From Bacteroidales bacterium (lineage in GTDB: Bacteria; Bacteroidota; Bacteroidia; Bacteroidales; ML635J-15), in contig JAGCDJ010000031.1 of the NCBI GenBank assembly GCA_017651185.1, positions 4,631 to 68,630 of the forward strand: DNA of 64,000 nt, read 5' to 3'. The position numbers and the translations under genes were made by a program. The notes under the pieces were generated by a model. That model was not told where the DNA came from. It did not search any database and was given only the letters and a program-made list of their open reading frames with translations. Numbering within the stretch: the stretch's first letter is position 1; every line of letters begins with the position of its first letter. Shown piece after piece: positions 36,601 through 45,208 of this stretch.

Positions 36601-38258
36601 CCGTCTGGTATATGGACAAGGAGGAACTTGCTTTCTCTACCAAGCAGGAAGTGCTTGACAACATAAAGAATATGGATCCTGAGACAGACTGGGAGAAATG
36701 GGAGTCGGCATTCCTTAGCAGTTCAAAGTTCCAGTCGTATATGCCCGGACAGGACAATTTGTCGTTCTATGTTCCCGAAGCGGTATACAATTATCGTAAG
36801 CACATAATCAAGGCGCAAGGGGTAGGTGTGATACGTGTGGCAGATGCTGCAATATTCCCGTCCGACGATGTGTTTATTAGGGAGAATGCCGTCATGGATA
36901 CTTTGCGTAAGGCAAAGATTACCGCAAATGTTACAAGCGAACATTATAAGTTCTACAATGCAACTGTCAAGATAAATGGAAAACGCGATTACACGGCCGA
37001 TGCTTTGTACGACTATGTTAACGATACGAAGGAACCGCAGACGATACATTTTGCCGACATTGGAGTGGCAAACGGAGAGACTCGTGCTCATGGCGAAATA
37101 TCTGAACCCGATGATTTCCACATAACACGGCACTTTGCATATCAGGGCAGGGTGAACATGTATGCCGGAATTGACACTCTTGAGTATGTTGGTGCTGCTA
37201 AGTTGATGCACGAATGCGATACTGCTCCGCAGTGGTTCAAGTTCAAGTCGTTCGTTGGTTCCGAAGATGCCTACATACCTGTCGACAAGGAACTGAAGAG
37301 CATTAATAATTTGGCATTGCGTTCGTCAGTAATGTATGGTAACAATAAGATATATCCTGCATTTATGGCAAAACGCCGTAATTCAACCGACGAGACCATC
37401 TTCGATGCAAACGGTTACATACATTTCGATGTCGATTCTGGAAGGTACGAGATTGCACCTCTCGACAAACTCTACGAGCATAATCTTCCGGGTAACTATA
37501 TGTCGCTTGATGTGGCTTCATGCAATATAAGTGGCGAGGGACATTTTGCGTTCAGCAAGAACCTTGATGCCAAGGTGTTCAATGTAAATTCATACGGAAC
37601 GTTCAACTATAATGTTGAGACAGATACCGTAGAGTTCAATACCACGATGTTCATTAATATGCCTATGCCTGGTTCTGCATACGAGTATCTTGCAAAGGCA
37701 TTTACTGCTGCAAGTTCCGATGCTGTCGATGAAAACGATGAGGATTACCACGTCGCCTTGAAGCAGTTCCTCGATACTACCGAGTACAACAAGTACATGA
37801 CTAACGTAAGTTTCGGCAATTACAACAAAATACCGAAGTTGCTGGTAGAGAACAAGGTGGTTATAACAGGCGTCAAGTTCGTATACGACCGTAAGTCGCA
37901 GAGGAAGGGAATGCTGTATGCAGGTCCTATAGGATTTGTAAATTTCGGAAAGCACCGCGTGTCGAGGTATATGAACGGATATATAAGGATAATAAAGGCA
38001 AGAAGTACTGCTTCCGAAATCTTTGAGATGCTCGTTGAACTGGACAATGACAAATATTTCTACTTTAATACGGATGGAAAATACGTGAAGGTATATTCCG
38101 AGGAAGGCGATGGTGTGAATAAGTTCAGGTCGATAATAGGAGAATCGAAGGAGAAGTATACCGACAATTATAACGTTGTCCTTGAAGGTGTTGCCGACAG
38201 GAATAGTTTTAAGAAGGAGATGGACAGAAAGTTCCAGAATACTGAAAGTGAATATTAG
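33606..38258 (+). CDS. Giant (1,550 aa) secreted hypothetical protein with no recognisable domain
   Basis: One uninterrupted ORF with signal peptide MKRIFAILVLCVASVAAFAQ. It has no lipobox, no T9SS C-terminal domain and no obvious internal repeats. It starts 4 nt after the prmA stop. Confidence 0.8.
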   Translation: MKRIFAILVLCVASVAAFAQFTLEPSKFGKEFAQQLSFTGDIRKDGASMQKEFLAFWQSDTLTSQQREFFIRTINKLQSKGCKPYPDFVSYTDVLMSFKRRGYDYGQFELFEKAVLAMVDAGRRVRVNELSEFLQNFNVLLRKNVVANNARTKWTVNKLDFLITYENEKFLIKFDNIDLIGYQDRDSLKLYSTSGILNPIAKTWEGKGGKLGWERVGYPLDSMSVSLKDYNLNMTDIMIKADSVVFSNKYYFTQDLMGDLLDKAQNGEKPYKSTYPRFTSYSQDFDIKDIVKDVDYRGGLSVRGRNFIGSGTDDAKAEIRIVKNDSVSFSAYASAFVFDPEKIAADNCEIVLRLAQDSIYHPSVSIRYTLVKRKFEKETEQTKGRNRKAEKQYDYKENGFLEVIRVKEGLSNINFVDTYHQLSMDFTSMKWVIDKPIIDISTINTQGTPSEVLFESADYYTYEKYKSLKKHDARNPLEVIASVVSYVGGYPEFTLADVVNYMKVDRDQALQLVFALTYKGYISYDQQTEKIKVHDETWRFLAAHKGDADSDVIKFYSIVKSAEGVSVDKETKQVVNSALGNDTASNAKLSLTNFELKMSGVPSVHLSDSQNVTVYPKDGKLVIQKNRNFMFDGLLQAGQFYMYGKGFKFDYGLFKIDVPNCDSMKMVALTTPDMNFLDATGQPKPAIVRNKIEELSGEFYIDYPNNKSGYADYKEYPKLVSTKDSYVYYDSPKVYNGIYDRKTFYFKVDPFTLDSIEGYNKDNIHFDGVLVSGGIIPDLNETLVVRKSDWSLGFEYKTPASGIPIYNGKATFKNYLDLSNKGLRANGTLAYLNTTFSDAYVTLFPDEMEGHSKKMLMEPKSSPIEFPKVEGMENTLQWKVSADKFHVDKDTSDFVMYDGKAHLDGNLVITSQGLHGEGTTYIEKALLESKDFLYNKETFDADTADFSIYSNSIADIDFRGWRQKSHIDFVKRQGDFSSNDTLAPQDFPKNKYKCTSDRTVWYMDKEELAFSTKQEVLDNIKNMDPETDWEKWESAFLSSSKFQSYMPGQDNLSFYVPEAVYNYRKHIIKAQGVGVIRVADAAIFPSDDVFIRENAVMDTLRKAKITANVTSEHYKFYNATVKINGKRDYTADALYDYVNDTKEPQTIHFADIGVANGETRAHGEISEPDDFHITRHFAYQGRVNMYAGIDTLEYVGAAKLMHECDTAPQWFKFKSFVGSEDAYIPVDKELKSINNLALRSSVMYGNNKIYPAFMAKRRNSTDETIFDANGYIHFDVDSGRYEIAPLDKLYEHNLPGNYMSLDVASCNISGEGHFAFSKNLDAKVFNVNSYGTFNYNVETDTVEFNTTMFINMPMPGSAYEYLAKAFTAASSDAVDENDEDYHVALKQFLDTTEYNKYMTNVSFGNYNKIPKLLVENKVVITGVKFVYDRKSQRKGMLYAGPIGFVNFGKHRVSRYMNGYIRIIKARSTASEIFEMLVELDNDKYFYFNTDGKYVKVYSEEGDGVNKFRSIIGESKEKYTDNYNVVLEGVADRNSFKKEMDRKFQNTESEY

Positions 38259-39525
38259 GATTGTAGTTTACATATTGCTTCTGTTCTTGCTTTCGCTACT
38301 GGGCGGATGCTGGGCGTTGCAGAGAAATGTCAGGCCGGCGACAGTCACGCAGAAATCGTCTGCTTCTGACTTTTCGGCTATGTACAATCCTGGCAGTTCG
38401 GTTGTAAATCCGCAAATTACATCATTTGTGTCGTCGGATTCGGAGGCGGATGTCTTTCTCAGGATAAGGACGCAGGAATTAAGGAACGCTCTTGCCAATC
38501 CGCTCGAAAACGAAATAAACGTGTACGTCAAGTACTACCTTCGCGATGCAAGCGATTTCCATCTTGCCGACACAGCATCGATGCGTTATACTTTCGATGC
38601 ATCCAAGGGTGATTATGCCTATGGGCGTTTTAAAGTGGCGCTTGCTGCGAAAACCAGGTACAAACTTGTGGTCGATTTTGTGAACGTCCGGTACGATATT
38701 CGCAAGCGTCTATTGTGTGACATAAAGAATACTGCCGATTTCAACGATGACAAGTATATCGTGACGACCGGCGCTGATGATGTGCTGTTTTCCAATGTAG
38801 TTGCTGAAGGCAGCAGCATAGTCCTGCGTAGTGGTGCCGATTGTAGGCCTACAGTGGATGTGGAGTTTTATGGGGAAAAAAGTTATGTGTCGCTGCCTCC
38901 ATATTTGAGTTCGGCAGTAAAATCTCCAAGTGTGCCCGATTCAATATTCAGGTATGCATTTGGCGACACATTGCGCGTTGACAAGGCGGGACTATATGCG
39001 GTCGGTTCCACGTCGAAGAATGAAAAGTTTGGTATCGTGGCAACTGGCAATACGTCGTATCCTGCTGTAACAAAGGTAGTTGACATGCTGGGACCTATGA
39101 ACCATATTTGTACCGAACGTGAATTTTCAATGATTGATTCGTCTAATCTGAAAAAGTCGGTAGATGCTTTCTGGTTGGGATTGTCGAAGAACGAGAAAAA
39201 TGCAAGGGAACAGATTCGTGTGTTCTATAGTCGCGTGGCGTTGGCAAATATGATGTTTTCGTGTCGCGAGGAGGGTTGGAGAACCGACCGCGGCATGATA
39301 TACGTTATGCTTGGTCCGCCGTCTGTCGTCAACATAACTCCTACAAGCGAGGAGTGGTCGTATGGCGATAACAGCGGGATGCTATTTACTTTTGAAAACA
39401 ATTCGGGACTTCGCAACGATTATTCGCTGTTGAGGTCCAATACATATCAGTCGGTATGGTCGCAGGTCTTGACGACTTGGCGGTCAGGGAAAATATTTAC
39501 AGTATCGAAGTTGAACAATGAGTGA
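38248..39525 (+). CDS. GWxTD-domain lipoprotein
   Basis: GWRTDRGMIYVMLGPP motif near the C-terminus and a candidate lipobox LLSLLGGC. Start is uncertain: GTG 38248 overlaps the upstream stop by 11 nt, and TTG 38176 is the alternative. Confidence 0.72.
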   Translation: MNIRIVVYILLLFLLSLLGGCWALQRNVRPATVTQKSSASDFSAMYNPGSSVVNPQITSFVSSDSEADVFLRIRTQELRNALANPLENEINVYVKYYLRDASDFHLADTASMRYTFDASKGDYAYGRFKVALAAKTRYKLVVDFVNVRYDIRKRLLCDIKNTADFNDDKYIVTTGADDVLFSNVVAEGSSIVLRSGADCRPTVDVEFYGEKSYVSLPPYLSSAVKSPSVPDSIFRYAFGDTLRVDKAGLYAVGSTSKNEKFGIVATGNTSYPAVTKVVDMLGPMNHICTEREFSMIDSSNLKKSVDAFWLGLSKNEKNAREQIRVFYSRVALANMMFSCREEGWRTDRGMIYVMLGPPSVVNITPTSEEWSYGDNSGMLFTFENNSGLRNDYSLLRSNTYQSVWSQVLTTWRSGKIFTVSKLNNE

Positions 39526-40258
39526 ATTTATTTTTGGAATAAGACCTGTGCTCGAAGCGATTAGGGCAGGGCAGGAGATTGACAAGGTGCTGGTCAGGCA
39601 GAATATGACTGGCGACTTGGCGGTGGAACTTATGGCTGAATTGCGTCGTAACAAACTGAATATTCAGTATGTTCCAGCCGAAAAACTTGATAAGATAACA
39701 AATAGGAATCATCAGGGGGTAGTTGCGTATATATCGCCTGTTGCATACCAAAGTTTAGAGCAGGTGGTGCTGAAGTCCTTTGATGATGGCGTTACACCTG
39801 TGGTGGTTTTGCTTGATGGCATTACCGATGTGCGCAATTTTGGTGCGATAGCGCGTACCTGCGAGTGTGCTGGCGTTACTGCCATTGTCATTCCCGAGAC
39901 CAATTCGGCAAGGATTACTGAGGATGCGATAAAGACCTCTGCAGGTGCTTTGTACAATATTCCTGTGTGCCGTGAGAAAAATCTGGTAGATGCAGTATTG
40001 TTCCTGCAGCAAAGTGGTTTCCACGTGTATGCGTCAACAGAAAAGACTGAAAATATTGTTTACGATGAGGATTTTTCGGGACCTACGGCAATAATAATGG
40101 GGTCGGAGGATGTTGGCGTGTCCAAGTCATTGATGAAGCGTGCTGACAAACTCGTAAAGATTCCGATGCAGGGCAAGACTGAGTCGCTTAATGTGTCGGT
40201 ATCTACCGCTGTGGTTGTATACGAAGTTGTTCGCCAACGTTATATGGATAAAAAGTAA
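39518..40258 (+). CDS. rlmB: 23S rRNA (guanosine-2'-O)-methyltransferase, SpoU/TrmH family (RlmB-like)
   Basis: N-terminal substrate-binding domain (IFGIRPVLEAIRAG) and SpoU motifs (NFGAIARTCECAGV, IIMGSEDVGVS, LNVSVSTAVVVYE). The start overlaps the preceding stop by 8 nt. Confidence 0.85.
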   Translation: MSEFIFGIRPVLEAIRAGQEIDKVLVRQNMTGDLAVELMAELRRNKLNIQYVPAEKLDKITNRNHQGVVAYISPVAYQSLEQVVLKSFDDGVTPVVVLLDGITDVRNFGAIARTCECAGVTAIVIPETNSARITEDAIKTSAGALYNIPVCREKNLVDAVLFLQQSGFHVYASTEKTENIVYDEDFSGPTAIIMGSEDVGVSKSLMKRADKLVKIPMQGKTESLNVSVSTAVVVYEVVRQRYMDKK

Positions 40259-40285
40259 GTTAATTAAGAATTAAAAATTAAATAT

Positions 40286-41803
40286 ATGCAAAAAGTTATT
40301 AAGTCTGCGTTGATATCAGTGTTCGACAAGCACGATTTGGATTTGGTTGTCAAGAATTTGAGCAACTACGGTGTTAAGATTTATTCGACTGGTGGTACAT
40401 ACGATTTCATTTCATCGTTGGATGTTGAGGTTACTAAGGTCGAGGATGTTACAGGTTATCCCTCAATTCTCGATGGTAGGGTAAAGACTTTGCATCCCAA
40501 GATTTTTGGTGGAATTCTTGCTATTCGTGAGGAAGAAAGCCATCTGGAGCAGATGCAGAAGTATGAAATCCCTGAAATAGATTTGGTTATTGTTGACTTG
40601 TATCCGTTTGAGCAAACAGTAAAGTCGAACGCATCGGAGAGCGACATAATCGAGAAGATAGATATAGGTGGCATTTCGCTGATTAGGGCAGCAGCAAAGA
40701 ACTACAAGGATGTGCTGATAATTTCGCACAAAGGTCAGTATCAGGAACTTTGCAACATAATTGAGGAAAATGGATGTTCCACCGACTTGGAAACACGTCG
40801 CAGATTTGCTCGTGAGGCATTTGGAATCAGTTCCAATTATGATTCGGCAATTTTCAATTGGTTCGACAACAATTCGATGTCGCAGTTGAAACTTTCGCAG
40901 CGCGAATATATGCCATTGCGTTATGGCGAAAATCCTCATCAGGAAGCAAAGTTCTTCGGCAATTTCGATGAGATGTTCACAAAGTTGCATGGTAAGGAAG
41001 TTAGTTACAACAATATACTTGACATTGATGCAGGCATTAACCTTATCAGGGAGTTTGATGATACGACGGTTGCCATTCTAAAGCACAACAATGCATGTGG
41101 AGTTGCAACACGCAGCACTTTGCTTATGGCATGGAAGGACGCCCTTGCTTGCGACCCGGTATCGGCATACGGAGGAATCATTGTTACGAACCGCCCGATT
41201 GACCGCGAGGTGGCAATGGAAATAAATAAGATTTTCTTCGAGGTGATAATTGCTCCAGACTTTACCAAGGAGGCACTCGAGGTGCTTGAACAGAAGAAAA
41301 ACCGCATAATACTCGTACAGAAGCATAACAATGTGTCAAAACATGTTTTGCGCACTGCAATAAATGGAGTTTTGGTTCAGGAACGCGATACCCGCATCGA
41401 AGGAATGGACGACTTGAAGTATGTTACCAACGAAAAGCCGACATCTGCACAGATTCAGGACTTGTTCTTTGCTAACAAGTTGGTAAAGAGCACAAAGTCG
41501 AATGCAATAGTACTTGTGAAGAATGCTCAACTTTTGGCAAGCGGTACTGGTCAGACTTCGCGTGTAGATGCATTGAAGCAGGCAATTGAGAAGGCAAAAG
41601 GTTTCGGTTTCGACCTCAATGGTGCAGTTATGGCTTCGGATGCGTTCTTTCCGTTTGCTGATTCGATAGAAATCGCCTACAAGGAAGGTATTTCCGCTGT
41701 AATCCAGCCCGGTGGTTCAATCCGTGACGAGGATACAATAAACTTCTGCAACGAGAACAAGATTCCAATGGTATTTACTGGAATTAGGCATTTCAGACAT
41801 TAG
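40286..41803 (+). CDS. purH: Bifunctional AICAR transformylase / IMP cyclohydrolase
   Basis: Full-length 505-aa PurH-like sequence (ALISVFDK, GRVKTLHPKIFGGIL, SDAFFPF, IQPGGSIRD). Confidence 0.95.
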   Translation: MQKVIKSALISVFDKHDLDLVVKNLSNYGVKIYSTGGTYDFISSLDVEVTKVEDVTGYPSILDGRVKTLHPKIFGGILAIREEESHLEQMQKYEIPEIDLVIVDLYPFEQTVKSNASESDIIEKIDIGGISLIRAAAKNYKDVLIISHKGQYQELCNIIEENGCSTDLETRRRFAREAFGISSNYDSAIFNWFDNNSMSQLKLSQREYMPLRYGENPHQEAKFFGNFDEMFTKLHGKEVSYNNILDIDAGINLIREFDDTTVAILKHNNACGVATRSTLLMAWKDALACDPVSAYGGIIVTNRPIDREVAMEINKIFFEVIIAPDFTKEALEVLEQKKNRIILVQKHNNVSKHVLRTAINGVLVQERDTRIEGMDDLKYVTNEKPTSAQIQDLFFANKLVKSTKSNAIVLVKNAQLLASGTGQTSRVDALKQAIEKAKGFGFDLNGAVMASDAFFPFADSIEIAYKEGISAVIQPGGSIRDEDTINFCNENKIPMVFTGIRHFRH

Positions 41804-41823
41804 AATGTTAGGGTGATCCATTT

Positions 41824-41879
41824 GTCATTCCACAAAACAGAACGAACAGCATAAGGGACGTTGCTTGTGAGTTCGTTTG
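41824..41879. repeat. Second copy (opposite orientation) of the right-hand hairpin module of the 6219-6379 element
   Basis: About 52 of 56 nt are identical to the reverse complement of 6324-6379 (GTCATTCC..AAAACAGAACGAACAGCATAAGG.ACGTTGCTTGTGAGTTCGTTT). Confidence 0.75.
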
Positions 41880-41885
41880 TGCAAA

Positions 41886-41918
41886 TAAAAAATAAGCAAG
41901 CCAATCGGCTTGCTTATT
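41886..41918 (-). terminator. Terminator between the convergent genes purH and LOG, strongest on the minus strand
   Basis: AATAAGCAAGCC-AATC-GGCTTGCTTATT, with a T-run on the minus strand. Confidence 0.75.
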
Positions 41919-41926
41919 TAATGTTA

Positions 41927-42628
41927 TTAGAAATTCGGTTTGTGTTCGTAGTTGCGGTAGAAGTCTTCGATAATCTTTACTGCTTCTTCCGGGGTATCTA
42001 CTATGTTGTAGATTTCGAGGTCCTTTTCCGAGATGTTATGTTCTCCATCAAGTACGCTTTCCTTTACCCATTCGAAAAGTCCTTTCCAAAACTTTGAACC
42101 GAAGAGGATAATCGGGAATTTAGCAATCTTCTTGGTCTGGATCAATGTGATTGCCTCGAAGAGTTCGTCAAATGTACCGAAACCGCCTGGGAAAACGATG
42201 AATCCCTGTGCGTAGCGCATGAACATAGTCTTGCGGGTAAAGAAGTAGTCGAAAGTAACGAGCTTGTCGGTGTCGATGTACTTGTTGGCTGCCTGTTCGA
42301 ATTCGAGAACAATGTTGCAACCTGCCGAAATACCACCACCGCGCTGTGCTCCACGGTTACCTGCTTCCATGATGCCGGGACCGCCACCAGTGATAACACC
42401 GTAACCCTTCTTTACCAACTGGTATGCTGTTTCTTCAGCACCGATGTAGTACGGATTGTCCTCCTTTGTTCTTGCCGAACCGAATATTGCAACGCAAGGA
42501 CCTAACTTTGCATAGTGGTCGAAACCGTTTACGAGTTCGCCCATTACCTTGAACATGCTCCATGAGTCGAGGGACTTTATTTCAGTGTCCCATTTCTTCT
42601 GCATTCTGTTTTTTTCGTCTGCTGTCAT
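41927..42628 (-). CDS. LOG-family (TIGR00730-type) nucleotide phosphoribohydrolase
   Basis: GGGPGIMEAGNRGA and PGGFGTFDELFE motifs. Confidence 0.9.
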   Translation of the reverse strand: MTADEKNRMQKKWDTEIKSLDSWSMFKVMGELVNGFDHYAKLGPCVAIFGSARTKEDNPYYIGAEETAYQLVKKGYGVITGGGPGIMEAGNRGAQRGGGISAGCNIVLEFEQAANKYIDTDKLVTFDYFFTRKTMFMRYAQGFIVFPGGFGTFDELFEAITLIQTKKIAKFPIILFGSKFWKGLFEWVKESVLDGEHNISEKDLEIYNIVDTPEEAVKIIEDFYRNYEHKPNF

Positions 42629-42693
42629 AATCGATATTTTTTAATTTATATTAAGTTTCCAATTGAGACGCAAGGTTTTGCGTCTTTTATGTA

Positions 42694-43614
42694 TTATAAG
42701 TTTTCTATTAGTTCGTCCAAATCCTTTTTGAATGCTTCGGTTGACTGGTATCTGTCGTTTAATGCTTTGAGTACCATGATTCTTTGTGCATTGTCGCTTA
42801 TTGCTCCCGGAACGAATGGCAGCGGTCTTACAGTTGCCTTTTCTATTATTGCGTGAGCTTCGTCGCTAATGCGATAGTGCTTTTCTATCTTGCCGAAAAC
42901 TTGCTGGCGTTTTACAATTGGTTTGTCGGCAGGGAAAATAGGTTCTCGCGCTAATGCCTCGTACATAATAAGTCCCATGCTATATATGTCGCTGTAGTCG
43001 CCTACAAGGTCTTCGAATCCTATGACCTGTTCTGGACTTTGGTATAGTGTGTTTGAAGGGCGACGGTTAAGCGGCATGTTCTTGAACCCAAGTTTTATGT
43101 TTTCGATGCCAAGTATTTTTGTGGTAGGGTGTAGGAAGTCAAATTCCTCGCATTCGTCCCATTGCACGATGATATTTTCGGGCGTAAGGTTTCCGTGGCA
43201 AAGTTTCAGTTTGTGAACGTACGACAATGTCTCGAGGCAGTTTGCAATTATGCGCAAGAAGAAAATGTCGTTGCGGTAGTCCATGTATTTTGGGTCGTAG
43301 ATGAGTTCCTTTAGCGTACGACCTCCTATAAACTCGCACACGAGGTATATGTCGCTGCCTTCGAACACCATATCTTCTATTGAAACAAGTCCTTCGGTTT
43401 TAACCTCCGTGCATACTGTTGCAAAAAATTTGAAACGCTGTGCATCGTTGTCGAAGAGCGCAGTTGATATTTTCTTCAGGACTTTTTTCTCCTTGGTGTC
43501 GGCATTGGCACCTATGTAAAGCGTCGCGTTTCCAGAGCGGCTTATTATCGTTCCTTGTTCGTCGGGGAAAAATACATATTTCCCTTTGTTTCCGTCTAAA
43601 ATCTTAGGTGTCAT
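42694..43614 (-). CDS. Hanks-type protein kinase homologue with degenerate catalytic motifs (predicted pseudokinase)
   Basis: Kinase-fold landmarks are in order: VLKKI (beta3 Lys), LVCEFIGGRTL (hinge), CHGNLTPENIIV in place of HRDLKPEN, KILGIENI in place of DFG, SPE (APE), DIYSMGLIMYE, and DRY near the end. There is no GxGxxG loop. Confidence 0.72.
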   Translation of the reverse strand: MTPKILDGNKGKYVFFPDEQGTIISRSGNATLYIGANADTKEKKVLKKISTALFDNDAQRFKFFATVCTEVKTEGLVSIEDMVFEGSDIYLVCEFIGGRTLKELIYDPKYMDYRNDIFFLRIIANCLETLSYVHKLKLCHGNLTPENIIVQWDECEEFDFLHPTTKILGIENIKLGFKNMPLNRRPSNTLYQSPEQVIGFEDLVGDYSDIYSMGLIMYEALAREPIFPADKPIVKRQQVFGKIEKHYRISDEAHAIIEKATVRPLPFVPGAISDNAQRIMVLKALNDRYQSTEAFKKDLDELIENL

Positions 43615-43618
43615 TGTG

Positions 43619-45115
43619 TTACTTGTTAAATTCTTCTATTGCGCGACGTTCCCAGTCGTTGTTGAAAGTGTTCTGTCCGTATCCTGATGATGCATTGTCA
43701 ACAGAATTGTATGTGTCGGAAGTTCCGTATGATGTTGTTTTGCTTCGTGACAAATAGCGAGTCCAGTTGAAAGTATGTATTTCGCCTTGCTTGTTTGAGT
43801 GAAGCAGTTCGTATTCATGTCCTTCCATGCTTGGATTGTAGAAAACGAACTTGCAGTTGTTGTCCTCGCCAAGTCGGTAGTACTGCCATATTTCGTATGG
43901 GTAGGCGCCGGGTTCTATTGGCGATTGGAAAATATGGTTCGGAACGCCGTATTGCAGGTAAATTACGCCTCTGTCGGTCTCGAATCCATGTCGAATTGTG
44001 GTGGCGTAGTTCCTTTCAACCTTCTCAACCTGCAATTTGTATTGGTACCATTCGTTTTCGGGATTTATATAGTTGCGCTTAACCCAGAATTCAACGAAAT
44101 ATTTCTGCAGAGTTGCCAAGTCTGCCTTGCGTAACTGGTTGTCAATGAACGGACGTTCGTAGATTGTTGCTATTGGTCGCATCGACTTGATGTAGTATAT
44201 TAGCGAGTCGCGCGAGTTCATGTTGCCGGCAAATGTGTTGTTTAGGTCGAACTGCTGAGCACGAGCAGCGTATTCCTCGTTGCTGAAAGTGTTTTTGTTT
44301 TGGCGCTGGAAGAAGTATATGCTCTTGACTATGGTTTCATTGTCGCGACTTACAATTTCAACCACAAGGTTGTAGTTCCCACTAGGCAGTTTTTCTATGT
44401 TCAGTTCTCCGATGAATGGAACGACTTCGGCTGGTTTCATCTTCTTGAACCTGTTGCACGAAGGAATATCTTTTCCCGACGAATATTCTACTATGCGGTA
44501 TTTTAGCATGAAGTCGTCTTTTAAAACCTTGTCGGTATTGTATGCTTCAACATAGAATTTCAGTGTGTTCATGTTTTCGGGGAAGAAGTTTGCAACGTAT
44601 GGCACTATGTTGTATCCGCTTTTTGTTATCGACGATTCGTCCGATGCCTTGGTATAACTTTCGACGAGTTCAATGTCGCTGAATTTCACTTCGTCGCTGA
44701 AATCCATTACGATTGTGTCGGAGAAGCAGTATGGCGGCTTGTCGCTGTTGATGTCGCGTATGCTGATGTCGAAAGTGTATTTGCCGTTTGGCAGGTTTAT
44801 GCGCTGTACATCGATAAAGTTGGGAATTGCACCAGTAGTGTCTGCTATTTCAGGGCTATGGAGGACATATTTTTCGAAGTTTGCTATGGAATCGCCAACC
44901 TTGAAAGTCATCACAACTTCAATTTCCGACTGGAACTTTCCGCTACCGGTTTTTACAAGCATGGTTGAACTGCCTATAGTGCTCATGTATGTCTCTATGT
45001 ATTGCCCGTTAGGTGAATTATACTTTGAATACATGAAGTATACTTCAAGTCCTGCAAAGGATTTAAGGGCAAATATCATACTAAACGCAATAGTGAAAAA
45101 TATTGTTTTCTTCAT
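43619..45115 (-). CDS. GWxTD-domain secreted protein
   Basis: Signal peptide MKKTIFFTIAFSMIFALKSFA and the GFETDRGVIYLQYGVPN motif. The stop is 4 nt before the kinase-like gene start. Confidence 0.75.
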   Translation of the reverse strand: MKKTIFFTIAFSMIFALKSFAGLEVYFMYSKYNSPNGQYIETYMSTIGSSTMLVKTGSGKFQSEIEVVMTFKVGDSIANFEKYVLHSPEIADTTGAIPNFIDVQRINLPNGKYTFDISIRDINSDKPPYCFSDTIVMDFSDEVKFSDIELVESYTKASDESSITKSGYNIVPYVANFFPENMNTLKFYVEAYNTDKVLKDDFMLKYRIVEYSSGKDIPSCNRFKKMKPAEVVPFIGELNIEKLPSGNYNLVVEIVSRDNETIVKSIYFFQRQNKNTFSNEEYAARAQQFDLNNTFAGNMNSRDSLIYYIKSMRPIATIYERPFIDNQLRKADLATLQKYFVEFWVKRNYINPENEWYQYKLQVEKVERNYATTIRHGFETDRGVIYLQYGVPNHIFQSPIEPGAYPYEIWQYYRLGEDNNCKFVFYNPSMEGHEYELLHSNKQGEIHTFNWTRYLSRSKTTSYGTSDTYNSVDNASSGYGQNTFNNDWERRAIEEFNK

Positions 45116-45208
45116 ATTATATCGTATGTACAAAATAAAAACGCAAGATAATAAATTTTATGATACGGATGAAAAGTTTTTTGTTTTATGAGTCGATTAT
45201 TGTCCAAA

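Noticed and set aside
38176-38247. The GWxTD gene might start at TTG 38176, which would give an 83-nt overlap with the giant ORF.
   Set aside because: This is not excluded, but the extra 24 residues are hydrophilic and Arg-rich and precede the lipoprotein signal. GTG 38248 gives a canonical signal/lipobox N-terminus and a short coupling overlap. The true start remains uncertain.
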